Assembly: GCF_006345805.1 (NCBI RefSeq)
Contig: NC_043016.1
Span: 32,364,001 to 32,428,000 of the forward strand
DNA length: 64,000 nt
From: Octopus sinensis
Taxonomy: Eukaryota
Reading direction: 5' to 3'
This document shows, one piece after another, positions 13,522-25,429 of the stretch (positions are counted from its first letter, which is position 1; each line of letters opens with the position of its first letter). The notes under the pieces were generated by a model that did not search any database, was not told where the DNA came from, and saw nothing but the letters and a program-made list of their open reading frames with translations. Position numbers and translations under genes: made by a program.

Positions 13522-13658
13522 TCTATGTCTCTGTCTATCTATCAGTCTGTCTGTCTGTCTGTCTGTCTCTATCCATCCATCCATCCATCCATCCATCCAT
13601 CCATCCATCCATCCATCCATCCATCCATCCATCCATCCATCCATCCATCCATCCATCC

Positions 13659-13710
<52 letters not shown>

Positions 13711-13862
13711 GTGTGTATGTATGTGTATTTGTATGTATGTGTGTATGTATGTGTACGTATGCATGTATATATGTATGTACGTATGCATGTATATATGTAT
13801 GTATGTACGTATGCTTGTATATATGTATGCATGTATGTGTGTATGCATGTATGTATGTATGT
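13310..13862. repeat. Compound tetranucleotide microsatellite (TATC/TGTC/TCCA/TATG)n
   Basis: Direct inspection. Confidence 0.97.
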
Positions 13863-14328
13863 AATGATTAATTGTAATCAACCAATATGTACTTTGCTCT
13901 GTATATATAGTACTCAGCTTTAAATTACGGTTCTTTGTTTTGTTGTAAATGAGAAACAACAAATATATATTTCTTACAAAAGGTAGTAAAACATTGCTAA
14001 AACAGCTTTAATGAAAGGCTTCCAAAGAAATTTTGGTAAGTAATGATTTTTATCAAACTAGAATATTTGGTAGTTAAGAATTTTGTTATTGACTTATTGA
14101 CTATTGATTTCTTTGAAGGATTGGTTTCTGAAGATGAAAAGGTTGAAACTGGAATTATGACAATCTACTAGTTAGTTAGTCAATGGTTTTGTAATTAACA
14201 ATTAGATCTGAAGACAGATTATTCAACTGGCTTCTTTCAAGAAGTGATTATTCTTAGAATCTAGTTTTGATAGGTGTGGTTTCGAGGTTGTACTGTTAAT
14301 TAATAGCTTTGTTAAGCACTAAGTGATG

Positions 14329-14377
<49 letters not shown>

Positions 14378-14746
14378 TGTGGGTGAGGAGGTGGGGGACG
14401 GTCTATGTGTTTGGGTGTCTGTGTGTCCATGAGTTTATATCTGTGAATTTATGTCCAGCAAATTAGCAGTTCACTTAATATATATCAATAAGATAAGTAC
14501 CGGACTTAAGAAAATTAGAATTAGTACTGAGGCTGAGATATCATCATCATTATCATCGTCATCATCATTATCATCATCATCATCATTTAACATCCGTTGT
14601 CCATGCTGGAATAGGTTGGACAGTTTGACCAGAGTTGGCAAGCTGGGGAGCTGCACTAGACTCCAGCCTGATTTGGCATGTCAATGCAGTGCACCAGTAT
14701 GGCTGCAGTTCAATAATTGAAACAAGCTGAATAATAAAAGTATAAA

Positions 14747-15143
14747 TCTTTATATATAAAAGTCAAGTTGTGTGTCTGTCTCCTACGATTTAGATTCCTA
14801 ACTACTCCCACATTTTGCGGTGCAGTTTAACCAAAACCGGGTATCTTATAGTCGTGATTCATATCGAGCCCTTCTGGGTATTAGTGCGCATCTACGATGA
14901 GTCTACGATTTAAAAAAAAATTTACCCATAATTTTTTTCATTTTAATGCATTTTTTCGCTACTATATAAGGGAAGTAACTCTCTAAAAATGTCTACGATG
15001 AGTCAACGATTTAAAAAAAATTTACCATAATTTTTTTTCCATTTTTAATGCATTATTTTGCTATTTTTTGGCTATAACTCTCTAAAAATGCTTATATAGT
15101 TATTTCCCTTACAAATCCGAGCAACGCCGGGCGATACTGCTAG
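14747..15143 (+). mobile_element. Non-autonomous Helitron (397 bp)
   Basis: A|TCTTTATATATAAAA ... CCGAGCAACGCCGGGCGATACTGCTAG|T; 3' end similar to the 5465-6255 element; internal duplication of about 100 bp. Confidence 0.8.
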
Positions 15144-15289
15144 TATATATATAAAATAAGTAACAAAGATGACCAGTTATTACTGCATTTCATTTCAATT
15201 CAAGTATTACATCAATTTGAAGTAACTTGCTTGGAACGGCCGTAATGCACATCCTTGGACATCCTTGTTTTTTATTCACCTAACTTCAA

Positions 15290-15454
15290 GCTGTGAAGAC
15301 AATACTGGACTGACTTGGTGCCACTCCTGCACCTGAACTTTATCTACAAAAGATCTTGCAACATTTAGAAAGTTGGCAATTTCTGTGTGTTTGCACATAT
15401 GGTAACAATGACTGCATGTCTTTTCATTTCTTGTGTTAGCATTTTATCTGCCAT
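15290..15454 (-). pseudogene. Tc1/mariner-type transposase N-terminal HTH relic
   Basis: MADKMLTQEMKRHAVIVTI, then a frameshift to EIANFLNVARSFVDKV; resembles recalled IS630-Tc1-mariner N-termini. Confidence 0.55.
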
Positions 15455-16056
15455 GGAGGATCTGAAAGTGACAAAAGTCTTATAATTAGTTTGTAAAATA
15501 TAATATATAATGATAATTAAGTGTCCTGAAATACTCCTCACATCTTGTTTAATGATGTTAGAGTTTGTAAGCACCAGACATAGACAGAAAAAGAGAGCTA
15601 CATACCTACTGTGTATCTATGCATGAATATGTGTAAGAAGTTAGGTTAATAGGTAGATAATTATGTAGGTAGTTATGTAGGTATGTGTGTGTGTGTGTGA
15701 ATGAACAAATGAATGAATGAATAAATGATACTTACATGATTCTTGTAAATGTTTTAAGCTTCTTTAAAAACCCATTTATTTGCACTTATCTTATGAAACA
15801 CCCCATGGGAGTCCAGCACATGTGGTACAGACAGATGTCTCATCTTCATTGAAGACTGTGCTGTACCACATATTTAATTGTAGCTTTTATGGTGCATTCC
15901 TCTTCTTCTCCTCTAAAAAAAGATCTCAGAAAATCAGCCTGCATCTTATATACTGAATGTCAGGGCTTTGGCTACTAGCAAGTGGTGAACCAAGAAAGGG
16001 GCCTTCTAAAAGTGGGTTTCTTATAAGTTAGTGTACCTTATAGGCCATCAAATATA

Positions 16057-16283
16057 CATTTGTGGCCAAAAGTTTGGAACATTTTTCTAAAATTTAAAAT
16101 TGTTATGCCCAAGTACAATTCAATTCAAATATATGCAACACAGAGATATACTTACCTAATAATTTGCAGACCTACGTTCCAAACTTTTCACCAAGTAATA
16201 ATATATTGCAAATTAAATATAACTTTGGACATTTAATATAAAAGATCTTTCAGACCTGTGTTCCAAACATTTGGCCACAACTG
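16057..16283. mobile_element. Tc1-type MITE
   Basis: TA TSDs (16055-56, 16284-85); 25-bp TIRs CA(T/G)TTGTGGCCAAA(A/T)GTTTGGAACA, 23/25 match. Confidence 0.88.
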
Positions 16284-16375
16284 TAGTACGTTTATTTATT
16301 CTTATCTAAGAATGTCATCTCTTTGTAGCATTTCAAAAAAGGGTATATCATATAAGCTAGCCTAGTGTTCCATAG

Positions 16376-16680
16376 TGGAGGCGTAATGACCCAGTGGTTA
16401 GACAAGCAGACTCACAGTCGAAGGTTCGCAGTTTTGAGTCCCAGACCGGGCATTGTATGTGTTTATTGAGCAAAAACACCTAAAAGCTCCACAAGGCTTC
16501 AGCAAGGGGGTGGGGGGTGGCGACCCCTGTTGTACTCTTTCGCCCCAACTTTCTCTCACTCTTCCTTCATGTTTCTTGGGTAACGCTGTGATGGACTGGT
16601 GTCTCGTCCAGCTGGGGAGAACACATACGCCACAGAAACCGGGAAACCGGGCCCATGAGCCTGGCTAGGCTTGAAAAGGG
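16376..16680 (+). mobile_element. tRNA-derived SINE family D
   Basis: Head GGAGGCGTAATGACCCAGTGGTTAG...; second copy at 49438-49820. Confidence 0.8.
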
Positions 16681-16961
16681 CAAGAAAGAGAAGAAAGAGT
16701 GTTCCATATATTCTACTATGACTTTTTCTACTACTTTGAAAATTTGATCTATCAGTTTATGGTTCCTGTGTTTGCTCATATCCAAAACATGACCAATATC
16801 TTTATGTTAGTAATTGGGGATAACCATATTATTTGTTTGTTCATTAATTAATCTTCCTTTGATTGATTAATAACTATCAACATTTATCCATTTAGAGTCC
16901 TTTGAGAATGTTTTGATCAGCACTGTCTCTTAGGTTTCTGAATATTACTTGATAGCAGCTT

Positions 16962-17210
16962 TTTACCCTTTAGCATTTAAACCATTTGTTCCTGGCCCAA
17001 ATATTCTACCCAGATCTGGCCTGTCACACCTACACTACAATGTTATTCTAGAGATAAACAATCACATCGTCAAATTCTCAAAGCTACTAGTTAATGCATG
17101 GATATGACTGGTTTAACCTTTTATCCTCCAGATTACTCCATATGCATGATTTATTCATAACAATGTAAATAAATACATTTGAGAGATTAATCTGAATGCT
17201 AAAGGCTTAA
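16962..17210. mobile_element. piggyBac-type MITE, second family
   Basis: CCCTTTAGCATT ... AATGCTAAAGGC-TTAA; related pieces at 17790-18107, 23060-23250 and 60718-60900. Confidence 0.7.
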
Positions 17211-17365
17211 TAACAGCAAAACTCTATGCTTTATGCTTTCCACAACAACACAATCTCTACACAATATTACAGGAAAACAGGTTTGCTCAACACGATTCCT
17301 GTACAGAAACAACAAAAACACAAACAAAAACATCCTTTTTTTTATCATTTAAACCAGCCATATAT

Positions 17366-17786
17366 AGGTGCCGGAGTAGCTGGGTGGTAAGTAGCTTGCT
17401 TACCAACCACATGGTTCTGGGTTCAGTCCCACTGTGTGGCACCTTGGGCAAGTGTCTTCTACTATAGCCTCGGGCCAACCAAAGCCTTGTGAGTGGATTT
17501 GGTAGAGAGAAACTGAAAAAAGCCCATCGTATATATGTATATGGATATATATATATGTGTGTGTGTTTGTGTGTCTGTGTTTGTCCCACCAACATCGCTT
17601 GACAACCAATGTTGAAGTGTTTACATCCCCGTAACTTAGCGGTTGGGCAAAAGAGACTGATAGAAAAAGTACTGGGCTTACAAAGAATAAGTCTTGGGGT
17701 CAATTTGCTTGACTAAAGGCAGTGCTCCAGCATGGCCGCAGTCAAATGACTGAAACAAGTAAAAGAGTAAAAAGAGAGTAAAGAGT
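17366..17786 (+). mobile_element. SINE family A, full length
   Basis: Reverse complement of the 12453-12850 copy. Confidence 0.9.
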
Positions 17787-18272
17787 ATATCCAGCCCAGA
17801 TATTATATGTGTTTTATGTTCAAACTGGCCAGATCCAGCCTCTCACACATACCCTACAATGTTAATCTAAAAATAAGCAATCACATCATGGAAATCTCAA
17901 AGCTATGAGATAATGCATGATTAATTCAAAATAATGTGAATAAATAGACATTAAACTAGTCATATCCAAACCAAATATTTTATTTTATGTTCAAACTGAC
18001 CCAAATCCAACCTCTCAAAGCTACGAGATAATGCATGAATCAATTCAAAACAATGTGAATAAATAAAAATTACATTTGACAGAATAATCTGAATACTTGA
18101 AGGGTTAATGTCATTGTCAATAACGCTATGTGGTACAGTAATTTCCCTCTCTTCCACAGATCCTTATGTGTAGCTTGGTATTTCCTCAACAAGTTCACTG
18201 TGAGGACAAACAGTGCTACAGCACACATGTTGTTACCCTGAAATATTCTTGTTGCTAATCTAATTCTTTTCA

Positions 18273-18302
<30 letters not shown>

Positions 18303-18303
<1 letters not shown>

Positions 18304-18640
18304 GGCCGTTGCCAGCGCCGCCCCAACGAGCCTCCGTGCCGGTGGCACGTAAAAAGCACCATCCGATTGTGGCCGTTGCCTGCCTCGCCCAGCCCCCGTG
18401 CCATTTGCACGTAAAAGGCACCATTCGACCGTGGCCGTTTGCCAGCCCCGTCTGGCACCTGTGCCGGTGGCATGTAAAAAGCACCCACTACACTCACGGA
18501 GTGGTTGGCGTTAGGAAGGACATCCAGCCGTAGAAACATTGCCAGATCAGACTGGGCCTGGTGCAGCCTTCTGGCCTCCCAGACTCAGTTGAACCGTCCA
18601 ACTCATGCTAGCATGGAAAGCAACGCTAAAGGATGATGAT
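18303..18640 (+). mobile_element. RTE 3'-UTR-derived short element
   Basis: GGCGTTAGGAAGGACATCCAGCCGTAG...CATGCTAGCATGG...(GAT)n; similar copies at 22463-22920(-), 23703-23950(-), 29137-29340(-), 33025-33290(+), 35374-35690(+), 52705-52830(-), 59155-59295(+). Confidence 0.88.
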
Positions 18641-19142
18641 GATATATATATATTTATATGTATAATACAAAATGGGACAAGAATGCAAAACCTCCCGACA
18701 GGTGATACAAAAAACGGACAACAAAACATCCAGATAGATGATACAAAGAAAACAAGAACAAGTCATTTGGAGTTTTCTTTCCTCAGTCGAGTTCCAGATT
18801 ATCTTTGCAATTTCGGCTAATTATACTAGAGATTGCTTCAATCTGGCCAGCCCCAAGGAAAAACTAAGCTAAGAGCATTAGATTCCTTGGAAGAAAGCAG
18901 TGAATGTATACAAAAACAAGGACAGAAAAAAACGGACAATGTTACACAAATACATAAAATAATAGCAGGACATAACAACAGGTGTCTTTTGACCAGGACA
19001 AATTAAATTAAGCTGGCATGTGTGGAAATGGAGCCTTATGGCAGGGATACAAGATTTCATATATAAATAATGAGGGAGATAAATTAATATTAATTTTAAT
19101 ATCAATTTAAAACCAGTAGTCTAGCATAGTCCAGCCCTGCCA

Positions 19143-19175
<33 letters not shown>

Positions 19176-19534
19176 TGCCAAAATAAGAGGGTCAACATAC
19201 ACTCCACATCTTGATACTTTTTCTGGACCAAATCATTAATTTTAAGTTTTAATTCATCCGAAGAAAATGGTTTTTCTATGATGTAATTGGTTTACTCATA
19301 AATAAAGAAAAAAAACAACATATCTGAAACAGCTGTACTGGACCATAACCTATTGGTGTTACTTTTATATATATATATACACACAAAGGGATACTGAAAA
19401 GTTCCTGCTTTTAAGGGTCTTACAAAAGGCCTAGCTGGAGGTCCAACCTTCCTAATTCTTTTACAGAGCTTAAGAAAACTGAAGGACCACAGCAGTAAGT
19501 ATATGAATCTGAGAGGGAACTGATCCTCCTGTAT

Positions 19535-19760
19535 TTTCTTTTACCAAGGGGCCAAACATAGAGGGAACAAACAATGACAGACAAAGGGATTAAGTCAATT
19601 ACATGGACCCCAGTGAGTAACTGGTACTTATTTAATTGACTCCGAAAGGATGAAAGGCTAAGTCGACCTTGGCGGAATTTGAACTCAGAACATAGCGGCA
19701 GATGAAATACTACTAAGAATTTCGCCTGGCGTGCTAACGTTTCTGCCAACTCGCCACTTT
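19535..19760 (-). mobile_element. SINE family B
   Basis: Reverse complement of family B head and body. Confidence 0.85.
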
Positions 19761-20099
19761 GGGAAGCAAACATCTAATCACACAGCTTCCCTTGTGCATA
19801 CATGAAGCACTTTCATACATTTGTTTTTTTTCCATCCACCAGATTTTGCTTGCAACGCATTTGTCAACCTGAAGTATTTGATGTAGACGCTTGCTCAAGA
19901 TGCTACTCATGCAGTTAGCATCAAACTTAAAAGCATGTGATTTGCAAAATGAGTGTTTTTAACCATGAGGCCTACACTCCACCCATGCACATACCCACAT
20001 GTTCATTTATAATCTGCCTTCTCAACTACATACACACACACACATGCACAAATGCATATACACAGACACACAAACACACAGACACACACACAAACGTGT

Positions 20100-20133
<34 letters not shown>

Positions 20134-20269
20134 TATGATGATGCATTTATATAGTCCATCTTTCCTTTTGTCTAAATTGAAAAGAAAATGATTGCTAAAA
20201 TGTATTGAAATGAAATAAAAGTTAACCAAAATAGATAGATGACAGGGTCAGAATTGGATTTAGAATCAT

Positions 20270-20428
20270 CGTCATTATCATCATCATCATCATCATCATC
20301 AGCATCGGCATCATCATCATCATCATCAGAGGAGGAGGAGGAGGAAGAAGAAGGAGTAGTAGTTGTAGTAGTAGTAGTAGTAGGAGGAGGAGGAGGAGGA
20401 GGAGAGGAAAATGATGACGATGACAGCC

Positions 20429-20459
<31 letters not shown>

Positions 20460-20680
20460 CCATCATTACAGCAGTTAATTCGTCATTAGCAGCATCACTA
20501 GCAACACCATTGACAACAACATCAACAACTACAACAACAATATCAAGAATGACAACAACAACAACAATTATTTCAAAATTTGCAGCATGACACGCCAGCT
20601 CCAACAACACCAACTTCCCACTAGCATCAACAACAACAACAACAACAGCAACAACAACATGCTCAACAATAAACACTTAA
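20270..20680. repeat. Compound triplet microsatellite (CAT/GAG/GTA/CAA)n
   Basis: Direct inspection. Confidence 0.9.
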
Positions 20681-21084
20681 ACAATTCGATGTAGTTGACT
20701 CATTCAATTATCATCATTTGAGTATAAAATTCCGCAATTAGCACAGAAATTCATGGATCGTAACAAGCCATTGTGAGCAGAAATTTTCGTAACCCACCCA
20801 TCCTTGTTTTATTATACAGGTGGATACATAAGAACAACTACATATGTGACAGCAGCAACAGTAACTACACGACCACCACCACTGACAACAACAACAACAA
20901 ATACAAGCAGTAACAGCATAAAAAGAGTTTGTTTTTGATACATACATGCATGCATACATACATACATACATACACATATTCGTATATGATATATGATTGA
21001 GTGTAGGTAGTGTGGGTGGGGGGATATTTTGAAATATTTGCCCAAGTTTATTATCATCATCATTACCAGTTAATTATATCAGTG

Positions 21085-21109
21085 ATACATATATACACAC
21101 ATACATACA

Positions 21110-21143
<34 letters not shown>

Positions 21144-21203
21144 CATACATATATATATGTTTGTATATATATATATGTATGTATATATAAGCATATATAC
21201 ATA

Positions 21204-21235
<32 letters not shown>

Positions 21236-21548
21236 ATATATACATACATACATACACACACACATATACACACACACACACACATATAATATATAAATGT
21301 ATATATACATATATACATATATGTATATATATATATGTATATATATGTGTGTGTGTGTATGTATATATATTATACATATATATGTACACACCATACATAT
21401 ATATGTGTGTGTGTGTAGTATGTGTATATATATTATTATTATTTACATATATATGTACATATATATATATATTATATATATATATATCGATATATATATA
21501 TATATATATACATATATTAGTAAAATGGTAAGATAACAAAATGGTGTG

Positions 21549-21582
<34 letters not shown>

Positions 21583-21585
21583 TAT
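21085..21585. repeat. (CATA)n/(TA)n/(CA)n microsatellite block
   Basis: Direct inspection. Confidence 0.95.
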
Positions 21586-22011
21586 TTGTAGAATATGGAA
21601 TATGTGCACATAATAATGCAAGATAGTCAACATTTTAGAATTATGAAAAGGTTTTTATATCTTTTCCCCCATTAAGACTGTTATTTTTGGAACTTCTTTC
21701 CTTATTTTTTCTTTTTACATATTTTGTAAATACAAAAAAAAAAAAAAGTTGGAGACATTCTTCATAGTAATTTTGTTTCAAAATTATCTTAAATATGCAA
21801 AAATAGATTCTGAAACTACTTTCTCTCTTTCTTTTTTATGTTCCTTCTTTTCTCCTCTTCTTTCTTTCTTCCTACCTTTCTTTCTTTCTTTATTTTTTCT
21901 TCATAAAAACAGCCATTCTCTTATTCCTCTACATGTATTTTTAATAACAGAAACTCAAACACACTGAGTGGCATTCACATATTTTCATGTGCCTTTTTTT
22001 TCTTCTTTCAG

Positions 22012-22138
22012 GTTAGCTCCAAAATAACAGATTTTGACAAGGAGAAAGAAAATTATATAAGGCATATTCTTAAAAGATTCCAAAATGGTAAGAAAATTGG
22101 CAGCGCAGATGGCAAGACTTTTAGCAATATCAATAGAG
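22012..22138 (+). CDS. Candidate coding exon E2 (phase 0 to 1; VSSKITDFDKEKENYIRHILKRFQNGKKIGSADGKTFSNINR)
   Basis: Strong polypyrimidine acceptor cctttttttttcttctttcAG, donor GAG|GTGAGT; only one frame open; non-repetitive sequence. Confidence 0.68.
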
Positions 22139-24896
22139 GTGAGTTTAAAAAGAAAAAAGTCTTTGTAAAAATGTCAAATAATTTTTGTAATAAGTAACAG
22201 AAATACATCCACGAATTTTAGAGGGATTTCCCTGTGGTATGTGCATGTGTGTGTATTTGTCATACATGCATGCATACATTTGTGCATACACATGGATGTA
22301 TGTGGTTCTGAGGACACCTATTTGTCTGCAGCAAGAAATTTTCTTCTTGATGAAATACAGCAAATGACTTTCTTACAAGTTCAAATATGCCTCAAGCATA
22401 TTCCAGCTGGATACAAGTTTTTAGCTGTGTGTGTATGTATACACATATATATATATACATACATCATCATCATCATCGTTTAACGTCTGTTTTCCATGCT
22501 AGCATAGGTTGGACAGTTCGACCGGGGTCTGGGAAGCCAGGAGGCTGCACCAGGCTCCAGTCTGATCTGGCAGTGTTTCTACAGCTGGATGCCCTTCCTA
22601 ATGCCAACCACTCCATGAGTGTAGTGGATGCTTTTTACATGTCACCGGCACAGGTGCCAGGGGAGGCTGGCAACGGCCATGATCGGTTGGTACTTTTTAA
22701 ATGCTACCAGCACTGGAGCCAGTCAAGGCGGCGCTGGCATAGGTCATGTTCGGATGGTGCTTTTTACGTGCCACCGACATGGGAATCACAACTACAATTT
22801 CCATTTGATTTTTACTTTGATGTTGATGTACTTGACTCAGTAGGTCTCCTCAAGCACAGCAGGTTGCCCTACGATCCAAGGTAAGCACAGCAGGTCGTCC
22901 TACAATCCAAGGTACTTTTGAATGGGCTGGGGCTACATATATATATATATATGGCATATGAAAGACGGAAGATGGAATATACGAGAATTTATCATTACTC
23001 ATATTACTCATGACAATTGTTTCGACACTTCAAGCATTGATCCTTCATGGGTGAGACACTCAGCAATTGGTTCAGGAGCATCTGGCTCAAATATTCTACC
23101 AATCTGGGTCTCAAACCAGATTGCTCTACCCTATGATATCATTTGAAAAATAAACAAGTAGGTTGTCATAAATTTGTAGCTTTGAGATACTATGAGATAA
23201 AGCCATTTCTGCTTAAATATAATTATAAATACTGTGAAATTATCAATATAACATGATTTTTTTTTCCCCTATGACTAAAGTGGAGATTTTTAAAATATAA
23301 TTACTGATATGATGGCTTCAGTAAGTATTGATTCTGCCTTATACTCAAAGGATTTATACAAAATATCGGAGAAAAATGAAAAAAATAGGAGTTACTTGTC
23401 ATCAGATAAATCAGATGTAGATGTTTCTGAATTTTCATCTGATAGTGAAAAGTAATTTGATAGTCTCAGAGATGAAGATGCTCAAGTCACTTTTCAAAAT
23501 ACTATGGTAACATGGATGAAAATATTTAATCAACTCTGAAGTTTGACTGACAGGCGGTTATTACACATTTCTTGCATTTAAACACAATTAATGTGCAAAA
23601 CTGGGTACTATATATAGTAATTTCAGTATGTATACACCTGTATTCTCACTCAGGTCTCACCTGTTAACAAAATTCTTTTATTGGACATATTTTATTATGT
23701 AAATCATCATCATCATCATTATCATCATTGTTTAATGTCTGCCTTCCATGCTGGTATGGGTTAGGCGGCTTGACAGGAGCCGGTCAGGTAAAAGACTACC
23801 CCAGGCTACTGTGTTTGTTTTGGCATGATTTTTATGGCTGGATGTCCTTCCTAACTCCAGCTGCCCTGTAGAGTAGGCTGAGTGCTTTTTATGTGGTACC
23901 ATGTCAGTTTTAGCATGGTTTTTACATCTGGATGCCCTTCCTAACACTTAATAAATTGTGTATGTTTTATTTTCAATGAAAATGTTTGAATGAAATGTAG
24001 AGAAAGAATATGATCTTGTGCTGATTAATCAATTCAAATTGATTTACCTATTCATGAAAAGTAGTATTATTGTAGGAGATTGAGCTGGCAGAACCATTAG
24101 CAGGCTGGGTGGACTGCCTAGCAACATCTTCTTTGTCTTTACATTCCGAGTTCAAATTCCATTAAAGTTGACTTTGACTTTCATCCTTCTGGGGTCAATA
24201 AAATAAATACCAGTTATGCACTGGGGTTGATGTGATTGACTTACTCCCTCTCGCTCTTGAAATTGCTGGCCTAGTGCCAAAATGTGAAACTAATATTGTA
24301 GGAGATTGACATTTGGGTTGGGATAATTTTAGTAACAAAACAAACAAGTAAGACACATAATGGTTCAATTTCAGTGTTATCCATTATGTTATTGCTTTTT
24401 TTTACACCTTCAAATTTATTTCACCTGTCCATAGAAGTCAAATTTAACAAAAAAAAATCAGGTAAAAATAAATAATTCTAAATCATTGTTATTTAAACAT
24501 CTACTGAAAAAATTCAGATCTGCACATAAAACAAAATCAACAAAGTTACAAACAAACATTGTTGATACCTCCCTTAGGTGTTATCAGCACAAAGCAATGT
24601 AGAAAAATAAGCATTACATTGAATAGATTAAATGCTGATGTTTTAAACCATAACACCTCTGTTATTTTTAGAGAACATTTAGTATAATTATGCTTCTTTG
24701 AAAGACTTCAGCAAAAGGAATCTATTTCTGTAAGCCAAGTTTAAATTTGTGCTGAAGGGTAAAGCTTATAAAGCAAAAAATAATCAAACTGAAAAGAGAT
24801 AATACAGTTCTATATTTAAGAGATGAGGAATTATGTGCATTATTTACATTATTTACATTATTTACATTCGACGGATATTTGTCCTCATCTTGTTTG

Positions 24897-24940
24897 TTAA
24901 CACGTTTCGGCTGATATACCCTCCAGCCTTCATCAGGTGT
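24897..24940 (-). ncRNA. Minimal type I hammerhead motif (helix III / cleavage site damaged by a 3-nt deletion)
   Basis: ACAC-CTGATGA-A-GGCTG(gagggtatat)CAGCC-GAAAC-GTG. Confidence 0.7.
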
Positions 24941-24984
24941 CTTGGGGAAACTTCAAACCTGGGTTCTCATTCATATGCCCACGG

Positions 24985-25050
24985 GTATATGGTGTAGTGG
25001 TTAAGAGCGCGGGCTACTAATCCCAAGATTCCGAGTTCAATTCCAAGCAG
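24985..25050 (+). promoter_or_regulatory. tRNA-like Pol III head (A box 24990-25000, B box 25033-25044)
   Basis: TGGTGTAGTGG and GAGTTCAATTCC; GGG-CTACTAA-TCCC anticodon-like arm resembling tRNA-Ser(GCU); no acceptor stem. Confidence 0.7.
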
Positions 25051-25288
25051 TGACCTGAATCATCATCATCATCAGGCTCCAATCTTGATCTAAGAGAATT
25101 TCTACAGCTGGATGCCCTTCCTAATGCCAACCACACTGAGAGTGTAGTGGGCACTTTTATGTGCCACCGGCACGAGGGCCAGTCAGGCAGTACTGGCAAC
25201 AGCCATGCTCAAATGGTGTTTTTTATGTGCCACCTGCAACATCGAAAAATACCTTAGGAGTGAGAACCCAGGTTCGAAATTTCCCCAA

Positions 25289-25333
25289 AACACCTGATGA
25301 AGGCTGGAGGGTATATCAGCCAAAACGTTGTGC
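25289..25333 (+). ncRNA. Minimal type I hammerhead motif (G12 to A mutation)
   Basis: ACAC-CTGATGA-A-GGCTG(gagggtatat)CAGCC-aAAAC-GTT-GTGc; palindromic ACGU helix III. Confidence 0.7.
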
Positions 25334-25429
25334 AAGCAACAAACAAGATGAGGACAAATATCTGTCAAATGTAAATAATGTGAAAAGAGATAGTTAAAAA
25401 GATTTTACATTGATCTAAATGGAAGGGAC

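Larger units (their letters stand above)
24802..25381 (+). mobile_element. Composite non-autonomous element: inverted HHR-bearing arm, tRNA-like head, HHR-bearing arm; 12-bp TSD
   Basis: TGAAAAGAGATA at 24790-24801 and 25381-25392; arms 24839-24972 and 25258-25381 are inverted copies; secondary RTE-tail insertion at 25061-25237. Confidence 0.75.

Noticed and set aside
13983-14041. Perfect GTAAGT donor at 14036
   Set aside because: No upstream acceptor gives an open frame ending in the phase 0 required by E2.
24985-25058. A real tRNA gene
   Set aside because: A/B boxes and an anticodon-like arm are present, but there is no acceptor stem or terminator; treated as a SINE-type head.
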